Under the pieces are notes generated by a model. That model saw nothing but the letters and a program-made list of their open reading frames with translations. It did no database searches and was not told where the DNA came from. The translations under genes and the position numbers were made by a program. A stretch of DNA of 64,000 bases from NCBI GenBank assembly GCA_963804995.1, contig CAWDSK010000006.1, positions 320,001 to 384,000 of the forward strand, written 5' to 3'. This DNA is from an uncultured Acidobacteriota bacterium (GTDB taxonomy: Bacteria; Acidobacteriota; Terriglobia; UBA7540). Below, piece after piece: positions 28,788 through 36,906 of the stretch. Positions within the stretch are counted from its first letter, which is position 1; each line of letters begins with the position of its first letter.

Positions 28788-30616
28788 TAGCTTCCGAGAG
28801 AGGTGATGGCCTGAACGGGATCAAGGCGGACAACCTTTTGGAAGAGTCTATGTTTTTCCGCGTCGTCCCCCTGTACTCGCTGGCTGTTCTTCATGATCAT
28901 CATCAGGGCTTTGGCGATCGTTTTGGGGTTTTCCCAGGTCTCCAGGTGATTGGTCTCAATGCTTGACGCTAAGTCTTCAATGATGGGCTGGGCAATCTCC
29001 GTCTTCCCGGCCGCGACGCAAATCTCGGCAAGCTGCAATTTTCGGAAGAACTGGCCCCTGCCGGTAAGCTGCCTTTCGACTTCGCGCATCATGGTGTCGA
29101 TGGCTTTTTCGGTTTGTCCTGCCTTCAAAGCCTCGTTCGCCAAGTCGTAACTGTCCACGAATTTTCGATGCCAACCGGGTGCCGAATTATTTTGCTTGAC
29201 CGGAGCTTCCGCGGCGGGCATGCCGTCCGGCGCGGGTGCGCTCTCCGGGGTAGGACTCGGCGTTTCCGCGACCAGTTCCTGCAACCACGCTCGCGTTTCG
29301 CTATTGGCGGCAGGAGTATCATCGAGCAAGCTGACCTCCAGCGCTTGCGGCACATCACGCACCAGAGTCTTCAATTCACTTCGAATGGCGATGGCAATGC
29401 CGGAATAATCGCCCCCCAATCCAGCGCAGGCATCGACAGTGAATTTCTGGAGATCCAGCCAGCCACGGCTGCACGGGAGGGACATGCAGTTTTCCGCGGC
29501 CTCCAGCAGTTCGGTCCACTTCCCTTCAATGGCCAGTCTCTTGATATGCTGTCGCAGCTCGGTAGGGGGACCTTCCAAAAGGGTCATATCCTGTTTGCTC
29601 AAGGCAGCCCGCAACTCACCCCAGCGCAGACCCCTCATCATCAAGTAAGGCGCGGGGCTGAAGGGATCAAGTTTACGGAGGGCTGCCGCGGCGCCCGCCA
29701 CCGCCGTAATCGCTCCTCGACGCTCCGCCGGTTCCTTGTCGCCAAAAGGGATCACAATGCCCGCGGACGCCGACCCCACCAACCTGGGTGTTTCGCCCGA
29801 ACTCGTCTCGGGGGCTGCCTCGGGCTGCCCCGCCTCAACGGGATCCGGCTCCTTCTCGCGCTTCTTCTGGAGAAATCCATGCACGACAGGCCGGATCTCT
29901 CCTAGCACTGACTCCAGCTTGTTAAGGGAAGGCGCCGCGTCGCCAAATTTCGCGTTGCAGGATTCCTTCAGTGGGGCGAGGATTCCCAGGCAACCGTCAA
30001 GGTCCTTCTCGCCTTTTGCGTAAAAAGCCTTGGGAGTTTCTTCGAAACACTTGTCGAGGGCTTCCAGTGCCACCTTCCCTTGCTCAATAGCTGCGGCGCG
30101 GGCCTGCTTAGCTTCGTCACTTTTCGCGTCGTCCTCGTACCCCAGCTTGCGGGACTCTAACACGTCCGTAAAGCCATACGGTTCCTTTTGCACGAGGGGA
30201 ACGCTCTTCAGGGGAATTTCGAACCGGGTGGCGAGGAACTCCAAAGGGGCAGCCCGCATTTCCACATCGCCATCCTCAATCGCGGGGTAGAGCGTGTCCC
30301 AGAATTTATCCACCAAGCCGTGGCAAAGGTTCAACCCTTCCCGGAGGCCGCTAAAGCCGTTTTGCTTTATCCATGCCTCGGTGAGCCAAACCGCCAGCCA
30401 CAAGTCCTTGCTCTTCTTGGTAAGCGCTTCTGTGGTGAGTTTGATGACCAGTGGATTGTCCGCTACTTTGCGGTCGCTCTCGGTCATCCCAGCGGGTGGA
30501 ACCGCTTCCTCGCGCCGGGCTTCCTTGATTTTGCTGTAGATTTCTTCGTAGCGAAGGTCGGCGCCGCTGGGGTTGGGTCCCTCGATAGGATTTAACAGGT
30601 CGTCAGCAAGCGACAT
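28787..30616 (-). CDS. tssA: T6SS TssA (ImpA N-terminal domain, long form)
   Basis: 'LLNPI....PSGADLRY', 'SKDLWLAVWL', 'FWDTLYP', 'GWLDLQ'. Confidence 0.9.
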   Translation of the reverse strand: MSLADDLLNPIEGPNPSGADLRYEEIYSKIKEARREEAVPPAGMTESDRKVADNPLVIKLTTEALTKKSKDLWLAVWLTEAWIKQNGFSGLREGLNLCHGLVDKFWDTLYPAIEDGDVEMRAAPLEFLATRFEIPLKSVPLVQKEPYGFTDVLESRKLGYEDDAKSDEAKQARAAAIEQGKVALEALDKCFEETPKAFYAKGEKDLDGCLGILAPLKESCNAKFGDAAPSLNKLESVLGEIRPVVHGFLQKKREKEPDPVEAGQPEAAPETSSGETPRLVGSASAGIVIPFGDKEPAERRGAITAVAGAAAALRKLDPFSPAPYLMMRGLRWGELRAALSKQDMTLLEGPPTELRQHIKRLAIEGKWTELLEAAENCMSLPCSRGWLDLQKFTVDACAGLGGDYSGIAIAIRSELKTLVRDVPQALEVSLLDDTPAANSETRAWLQELVAETPSPTPESAPAPDGMPAAEAPVKQNNSAPGWHRKFVDSYDLANEALKAGQTEKAIDTMMREVERQLTGRGQFFRKLQLAEICVAAGKTEIAQPIIEDLASSIETNHLETWENPKTIAKALMMIMKNSQRVQGDDAEKHRLFQKVVRLDPVQAITSLGS

Positions 30617-30622
30617 GGTTTA

Positions 30623-31345
30623 TCAGTCTCCCGTTGGAGCCGGACTGAACTCCACTGAGCGCAATTCGAGGAAAGGAAGCTCTTCATCATCTACCAGCCA
30701 CATCTTCTGGCCGAATGGGATCTCCTCATCGTATCCCTCGCGTTGCTCCCACACGGTGGCCCGTCCGAGCCGCACAGCATCATCGGAGTGTTGCCAAGAG
30801 AAGGGAGCAAGCACCGGGAGTAGTACCTCGCCGAGTTCCGCCCCTTTGAACGAGGGCGTTGTGCGAACCGCCGCGGGCGTCCACAGGAGATCTCTTAGCC
30901 GCTTCGGGGGCTCGATGTGAATCGAGGCCACGTGCTCAAGGGGAAGCCATAGGTAAGCGCCTGCTGCAAAAAGTTCGAGTCGGGTTCCGATCCTGGGATC
31001 GGCGTCCGAAAAAGAGCCGAACGGCTTGCCATTGAACGTGCCCGTAGCAGCCGGCGCAGGCGAGTCCGGGCGCTTCGGATACTCTCCGCGGGTAAAAAGG
31101 TCCTGCCGCTGTCGCTCGGCATAGAGCGCACTGCGATAAAGCAGAACCCCTAGCTCACTCAACGGTCCCTCCTGACCCAGCACCTCGAGTTGCTTGTCCG
31201 CCCGCTCATACTCTCCTGCGAAACATAAGAGCTCGAAGAGGAATGTTCGGCGGCGCGCGTCCGTCGGATTATCTCGGACTTCGGTACTCAGGGCCTTCAG
31301 CGCGTCAGCCAACCGGCCGGCTCGAAACAGCTCTTGTGAGTTCAT
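30623..31345 (-). CDS. tagJ: T6SS accessory TagJ/ImpE/HsiE
   Basis: 'RTFLFELLCFAGEYERADKQL', 'DADPRIG', 'LRDLLW', 'RLGRAT.W', 'GQK'. Confidence 0.92.
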   Translation of the reverse strand: MNSQELFRAGRLADALKALSTEVRDNPTDARRRTFLFELLCFAGEYERADKQLEVLGQEGPLSELGVLLYRSALYAERQRQDLFTRGEYPKRPDSPAPAATGTFNGKPFGSFSDADPRIGTRLELFAAGAYLWLPLEHVASIHIEPPKRLRDLLWTPAAVRTTPSFKGAELGEVLLPVLAPFSWQHSDDAVRLGRATVWEQREGYDEEIPFGQKMWLVDDEELPFLELRSVEFSPAPTGD

Positions 31346-31468
31346 CTCCGGCTCTCCCTTAGGACAAACAAATACTCGCCGCGGGTAAACCCGGACCGTG
31401 AGTCAACCCGTACCGCGCAGTCGCTGTCAATTCAAGCCCAGCAGGCAACAGCAACACACATCGACGTA

Positions 31469-31502
31469 TCTTCACGGCCCACCCGCTGGATGGCCGTGAA
31501 GA
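31469..31502. terminator. Stem-loop downstream of hcp
   Basis: TCTTCACGGCC...GGCCGTGAAGA perfect 11 bp stem; no long U tract. Confidence 0.5.
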
Positions 31503-31541
31503 CACTTCTCTCGATGTCACCACCCGGAACGGCCGGCGGCG

Positions 31542-32027
31542 TTACGTCTGTTGCACCTGCTTGATGTCATAAGTTGCCTGGCCGGCCAGGGTAACCGAGC
31601 CGCTCTTGGTATCCTGAGTGTAATACTGGTACTGGATCTTTTCGTACGCGATGCTGAGGCTCGCGTGAGGGACTCCCGTCGCTCCCCCATCTGTATTGAA
31701 ACTGGTAATAAAACAATTGGTCAGCGTGATGACGAGATAGTTATAGGGCGTACCGCCGCCTCCCGTCTTGCGGCCAGTAAACGTGCACGTAGCGACATGC
31801 GCCCCCGTCACCAGGTCCTTTATGATCGCGAAGCTGCCCTCTTCCAGAGCGAAACTGACCGTCAGGTCCGATAGAGAAGGTTTTCCGGCGGCGAGACCTT
31901 TGCCGCCGAGACTGGCAGGATTCGCCGCACCCCAGCTCCAACTTTCGAGCTCGATGTTGTTGGTCATGCCTTGCGCTTGCGATTCACCCTTGACACCTGT
32001 AATGAGCAGATAGTAATCACTGGGCAT
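31542..32027 (-). CDS. hcp: T6SS tube protein Hcp
   Basis: 'VKGES', 'IELESWSWG', 'Y.VITLTN..ITS', position after tssC. Confidence 0.95.
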   Translation of the reverse strand: MPSDYYLLITGVKGESQAQGMTNNIELESWSWGAANPASLGGKGLAAGKPSLSDLTVSFALEEGSFAIIKDLVTGAHVATCTFTGRKTGGGGTPYNYLVITLTNCFITSFNTDGGATGVPHASLSIAYEKIQYQYYTQDTKSGSVTLAGQATYDIKQVQQT

Positions 32028-32118
32028 TGCTCTTTCCTCCTTCTCGCCGAATTGAATTTACAGGTCGACGGCAAAGGCGCACCCTGCGGAAAATCCCGCT
32101 AGAACTGAAAACCGAAAA

Positions 32119-33609
32119 TCACCTCTTCGCCGGTTCCGGCAAGTCAGCTACCAGCCGGAGAGAAACGCTTAGCTCGTCCAACTGAAAGTGGGGGCGAAGA
32201 TAAGTAATCGCCCGGTAGCAGCCCGGTTTGCCCTTGATCTCCTCAACGTCCACACGCGCCTCCCGCAGGGGGAATTGGGCTTTGGTGGCTTGATCGGCAT
32301 TGTCATCCTGGGTGACGTATTGGCCAATCCAGCGATTCAGGAAGCGCCAACAGTCGTCTCGGGACATGAAGCTGCCGATCTTGTCGCGCATCATGGCCTT
32401 GAGGTAGTGAGCGAAACGGCAAGTGGCCATCATGTACGGTAGTTGCGCCGAAATGCGCGCATTGGCGGTGGCGGCATCGCTGTCGTAGATCTTGGGCTTA
32501 TTGCAGGATTGGATGCTGAAGAATGCCGCCTTATCCGTGCCCTTGCAATGAACCAGCGGCACCAGCCCCTGGTCTGCCAGCTCCTTCTCGCGCCGGTCGG
32601 TGATGGCGATCTCGGTGGGGCACTTGAGCGCCACGTCGCCCTCGTCGGTGTTGAAAGTGTGGGAGGGAAGACCTTCCACCAAGCCGCCGCCCTCAACTCC
32701 CCGGATGGCGGTACACCAAGCATACTGCGAGAACGCTGTTGTCATCCTGGCGCCAAGTGCGTAGGCGGCGTTTCCCCAAAGGTATTTGCTGTGGTCCGTC
32801 CCATCCACGCCTTCTTCAAAGTTGAAGGCATCGACGGGCACGGTATCCCGGCCGTAAGGTAGGCGCATTAGAACCCGGGGGCAAGTGAGGCAGACATACT
32901 TCGCGTCTTCGCTCTGCCGGAATCCCTTCCATTTGGCGAACTCGGTGGTATCGAAGATCCGCCCAATGTCCCGGGGTTGGTCCAACTGCGTGAAGCTTTC
33001 CATGTTCAGGAGCTGCGAAGAAGCCGCGGAGAGGAAGGGGGCATGCGCCGCTCCCGAAATTGCTGCCATCTTTTCCAGAAGCTCAAGGTCTTCCGGATGC
33101 TTGCTGAACTCGTAATCGCCAATTAGCGCGCCATACGGTTGACCGCCGAAAACCCCGAACTCCTCTTCGTAAACTTTCTTGAACGCCGCACTTTGATCGA
33201 ATTCTGGGGCGCGTTGAAGGTCCCGCAGAAGGTCCCTCTTGGAGACATTCAACACCTTGATCTTCAGCATGGCGCTGGTTTCGCTCTGGCTGATCAGGTA
33301 CTTTAGACCTCGCCAACTGGCTTCCAGCTTCTGAAACGTGGGATGGTGCAGAATTTCGTTGAGCTGGATGGAGAGCAAATGGTCAATCTGCGCAATGCGC
33401 GCATTGATCATCGCTTCGGTGTCTTTGGAGACGGTTACCTCCCCCTCCAAGACCTGGGAGATGAACTCTTTCACAAGACTCTTGCCGCGTTCCCGAGTGG
33501 CGGCATCCGTTCCCACCCTCCCGGTCTCGACAATCTGATCGAGAAGAGACTTTTCACCGACCTGCTCGGTGGTCTGTGGTTGTGCGGCCGCTTTTGATTC
33601 CTTAGCCAT
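32119..33609 (-). CDS. tssC: T6SS sheath large subunit TssC
   Basis: 'QLNEILHHPTFQKLEASWRGL', 'KCPTEIAITDRRE', 'LRPHFQL'. Confidence 0.97.
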   Translation of the reverse strand: MAKESKAAAQPQTTEQVGEKSLLDQIVETGRVGTDAATRERGKSLVKEFISQVLEGEVTVSKDTEAMINARIAQIDHLLSIQLNEILHHPTFQKLEASWRGLKYLISQSETSAMLKIKVLNVSKRDLLRDLQRAPEFDQSAAFKKVYEEEFGVFGGQPYGALIGDYEFSKHPEDLELLEKMAAISGAAHAPFLSAASSQLLNMESFTQLDQPRDIGRIFDTTEFAKWKGFRQSEDAKYVCLTCPRVLMRLPYGRDTVPVDAFNFEEGVDGTDHSKYLWGNAAYALGARMTTAFSQYAWCTAIRGVEGGGLVEGLPSHTFNTDEGDVALKCPTEIAITDRREKELADQGLVPLVHCKGTDKAAFFSIQSCNKPKIYDSDAATANARISAQLPYMMATCRFAHYLKAMMRDKIGSFMSRDDCWRFLNRWIGQYVTQDDNADQATKAQFPLREARVDVEEIKGKPGCYRAITYLRPHFQLDELSVSLRLVADLPEPAKR

Positions 33610-34135
33610 TGCCCCCCTCCTTCCCTTCTTCCTTCTTGGGTCCGATTTCCGACCGCAATTTGTTTAACTTTTCGGTATTGGTGACGGCGTCCAGCAGGAC
33701 CTCGTCCAACTTATCATTGGTCTGCAACGCGCCCTTTAAATCATTGAGACGGGTACGGAGATCGAGCAGTTCGCGCAAAGGTTTCACCTGCCGGGCGACC
33801 TTCTCGGGCTCGAAGTCTTCCATACTCTTGAAGTTGAGATCGACCTTCAACTGTCCCACATTTTCGTCATCACTCAGCTTGTTGTCGACGGAAAAGGCCA
33901 CGTGAGGTTTCATGCTTTCGAGCACGCTGTCAAAATTATCCAGCGTTATTTCAACAAACCTTCGTTCCTTCAGTTTGGGTAGTGGATCGACGGGCTGGCC
34001 AGTAAAATCACCTAAAACTCCCATTACGAAAGGGAGTTCTTTCGTTTCAATCGCACCACCCGTCTCCACTTCGTAGGTAACGTGGACACGCGGGGGTCGC
34101 ACCCTTGCAAGCTTCTTCTGGACGCTCTCTGCCAT
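33602..34135 (-). CDS. tssB: T6SS sheath small subunit TssB
   Basis: 'RPPRVHVTYEVE', 'ELPFVMGVLGDF'; AAGGAG RBS before ATG 34135. Confidence 0.96.
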   Translation of the reverse strand: MAESVQKKLARVRPPRVHVTYEVETGGAIETKELPFVMGVLGDFTGQPVDPLPKLKERRFVEITLDNFDSVLESMKPHVAFSVDNKLSDDENVGQLKVDLNFKSMEDFEPEKVARQVKPLRELLDLRTRLNDLKGALQTNDKLDEVLLDAVTNTEKLNKLRSEIGPKKEEGKEGGNG

Positions 34136-34187
34136 GGGGTACTCCTTACCTAAGCGTATTTGATGAGCATTTGATCTATGGTGAGCG

Positions 34188-34217
34188 ATTATTGACAAAT
34201 GCCAATGCATTGTCAAT
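34188..34217 (-). promoter_or_regulatory. Sigma70 promoter of the T6SS operon overlapped by an inverted repeat
   Basis: Minus strand TTGACA(34216-34211)-N17-AATAAT(34193-34188); palindrome ATTGACA-N13-TGTCAAT. Confidence 0.65.
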
Positions 34218-34765
34218 CGAAAAGCGACCAGGACTTTCCTCGGCTTTTTAGCTCCCCGAGCGCCCAAGAAAGGCTCAAATTGCGGCTGAGGAGGCGGTGC
34301 TGCGGGAGGACCGGATATTGTGGGCTGCTAAAGCCTGACCGGCTCGAAAGAATCGCAAGCCAACGCTTGGCCTTCATTCCCGCCTGTCCCGGCATGGCCT
34401 CCAGAAATCCCCTTTCGGGGCGCTCCCAGAATCCACTCGAAACCCCAAAGTCAGGGGGCAGTATCTCCAACGCCTTCCCGATCCCTGGTGGAAGCCATTC
34501 AGGTAAGCCTTGGAAACGGTTTGCTTGCGGCAGGTTCGTGGATATTGCCGGACTCTGCCACAATTTAGGGCAACCCGCCGTACGTTTCGTGCCTACCCAG
34601 ATCCAGGGCAGGGGTGTTTTCTTTTGGCCACTAACCTCTAAATACAACAAAGAGCAATTATGAAGGGCAAAGCCCGCAAGAACCACACGCCACATCAAGC
34701 GACGATTCCCTTTGCGGCCTTACTTCTGTTAGAATCAATGCAACACGACGGTTTCATTAGCGCCC

Positions 34766-36799
34766 ATGAAGATCTGCCCGAATTGCCAGCAAAGCTACTC
34801 CGATGAAATTGAGTTCTGTCCGCACGACGGCGCTCGGCTTGCTACCCAAGCGGCGCAAGCCGAAGTGCAGCTTGCCGCCGGACTCTCCCACCGTTTCAGC
34901 ATTGTCCGCCGCCTGGGTGAGGGGGGAATGGGCACGGTCTTTCTCGCCAAGCAGATCCATGTCGGGAATCGCCCCGTGGCCCTGAAGGTTCTGAACCGTA
35001 AGCTGCTGGATGACCCTGAGTTCCTGGAGCGTTTTCAGAATGAAGCGGGTTCGACGGGGAGCATTCATCACCCCAACGTCGTCACCATCCACGAATCCGG
35101 CCAAGCCGATGACGGCACACCCTACATCGCCATGGAGTTTCTGGATGGCAAATCCTTGCGACAAGTGCTCAAAACGGTGGGGGCTTTAAACGTGACGGGG
35201 TGTGCGGAAATTCTGATGCAGGTGGCGCGGGGGCTGAACGCCGCGCACAAGCTCGGCATCATTCATCGCGACCTCAAGCCTGACAACATCTTTCTGATGC
35301 AGGGCGACGAGGGCGAGTTGATCGTCAAGGTCGTCGATTTCGGCATCGCCAAACTGCGCGAGTCAACCACCCACACGCTGACCGGCATGGTGCTCGGCAC
35401 GCCTGCTTACATGTCAGCCGAACAAGCCGCCGGAATGCCGAGTAACGAACTCAACGCGCGCTCCAACGTCTATTCACTGGGGATTGTAGTTTACGAAATG
35501 CTGAGCGGGCGCGTGCCCTTTTATTCCACCACACCCCTCGGCTACGTGCACAAACACATGCTGGAGGCCCCACCGCCTTTTCGCGCCATCGACCCCGGCC
35601 TACCCGTTGCTCCTCAAATTGAAGCCGTGGTGATGAAGGCACTGAAGAAGGACCGGGAGGAACGCTACCAGTCGGCCTTGGAATTCGCGCGCGACTTCGC
35701 GGCAGCCGCCCAGGCATCGCCCCCACCGGAGGTCAGTCAGCCGCTTCCCACAATGAACAGCATCTCGCCGCCAGCAGCGCAGGAGCCCGCTGTGCCCATG
35801 CCGCTGCCCGGGAGCGCATCGGCCCAAGCCGATATTGCCGTTCAAACTACGCCTCCCGCTCCGCCGGCAAGAATTGTTGAAACTCCAAGTACACGGCCGC
35901 AAGGGAGCGAGCCTGCAACGGCAGCAAGCCGCCCGTCCGCTGTGGCTAAACCGCCGCATCTCCGGGCCGTAAAAGAAAGGCCAAGCCGGGTCAAGTACGT
36001 TGTCTTGGGCGTGGTTCTGCTAGCCGTCATCGCGGGCGGGATTTGGTATTTCTCCCGGCCGACGCCGGGGCCCCCACCCCATGTAACGGGCCGGACGGCG
36101 GACGCAGGTAAATCCCCATCTGCGCCGGAAGGCCCGGGTGCGTATGACCCCATGATATCCATCCCCGTCGCGACCTTCGCGATGGGTCGCGACAATGCCC
36201 GCGACCCGGAAGAGACCCCCGCTCATCCCGTCAGCGTCGCGGCATTTAATATGGATAGGAGACCCGTCACGAACGCGCAGTATGCCGAGTTTGTGAAGAG
36301 CACAAGCCACGCTGCCCCTAGTGGGTGGGTGAATGGAACCCCGCCGGAGGGCCAAGCTGAGTGGCCAGTCACGGGCGTTTCCTGGGACGACGCGAACACT
36401 TACTGCACCTCGAAAGGCTTGCGTCTGCCGACGGAGGCGGAGTGGGAATACGCGGCGCGCGGCATGGACGGCAGGCTTTATCCGTGGGGCAATGATTTCA
36501 GCCCGGCACTAACGAACAGCGTCGAGGCAGCTCTGGGCCATCCGGAGAAGGTGGCCTCCCATCGCGATGCCGCCAGTCCGTTCGGCCTTCTCAACATGTC
36601 AGGGAATGTGTGGGAATGGACAGCGGACGATTACAAGCCTTACCCCGGCCATCAACCGGCATTCCAAATCCCCGCGGATGGCAAAGCCATCCGTGGCGGC
36701 TCTTACCAATCGGACAAGCTGCACGTGACCACGACGACCAGAAACCTCAACCACGCCTCCACGCGGTCCACCTCCATAGGTTTCCGCTGCGCCAAGTAG
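34766..36799 (+). CDS. Ser/Thr kinase with N-terminal Zn-ribbon, TM helix and C-terminal FGE-sulfatase (C-type lectin fold) domain
   Basis: CxxC..CxxD, GEGGMG, HRDLKPDN, DFGIAK; 'RLPTEAEWEYAARG', 'MSGNVWEW', 'RGGS', 'GFRC'. Confidence 0.93.
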   Translation: MKICPNCQQSYSDEIEFCPHDGARLATQAAQAEVQLAAGLSHRFSIVRRLGEGGMGTVFLAKQIHVGNRPVALKVLNRKLLDDPEFLERFQNEAGSTGSIHHPNVVTIHESGQADDGTPYIAMEFLDGKSLRQVLKTVGALNVTGCAEILMQVARGLNAAHKLGIIHRDLKPDNIFLMQGDEGELIVKVVDFGIAKLRESTTHTLTGMVLGTPAYMSAEQAAGMPSNELNARSNVYSLGIVVYEMLSGRVPFYSTTPLGYVHKHMLEAPPPFRAIDPGLPVAPQIEAVVMKALKKDREERYQSALEFARDFAAAAQASPPPEVSQPLPTMNSISPPAAQEPAVPMPLPGSASAQADIAVQTTPPAPPARIVETPSTRPQGSEPATAASRPSAVAKPPHLRAVKERPSRVKYVVLGVVLLAVIAGGIWYFSRPTPGPPPHVTGRTADAGKSPSAPEGPGAYDPMISIPVATFAMGRDNARDPEETPAHPVSVAAFNMDRRPVTNAQYAEFVKSTSHAAPSGWVNGTPPEGQAEWPVTGVSWDDANTYCTSKGLRLPTEAEWEYAARGMDGRLYPWGNDFSPALTNSVEAALGHPEKVASHRDAASPFGLLNMSGNVWEWTADDYKPYPGHQPAFQIPADGKAIRGGSYQSDKLHVTTTTRNLNHASTRSTSIGFRCAK

Positions 36800-36906
36800 T
36801 TATAAAATACGAATGAAGGATGAATTATGAAATGCCAAACTACAGCCGACGTGGTCTTTTCATGATTCAGAATTCATAATTCAGAAAAGCGTCAAGGGAA
36901 AAAGGG

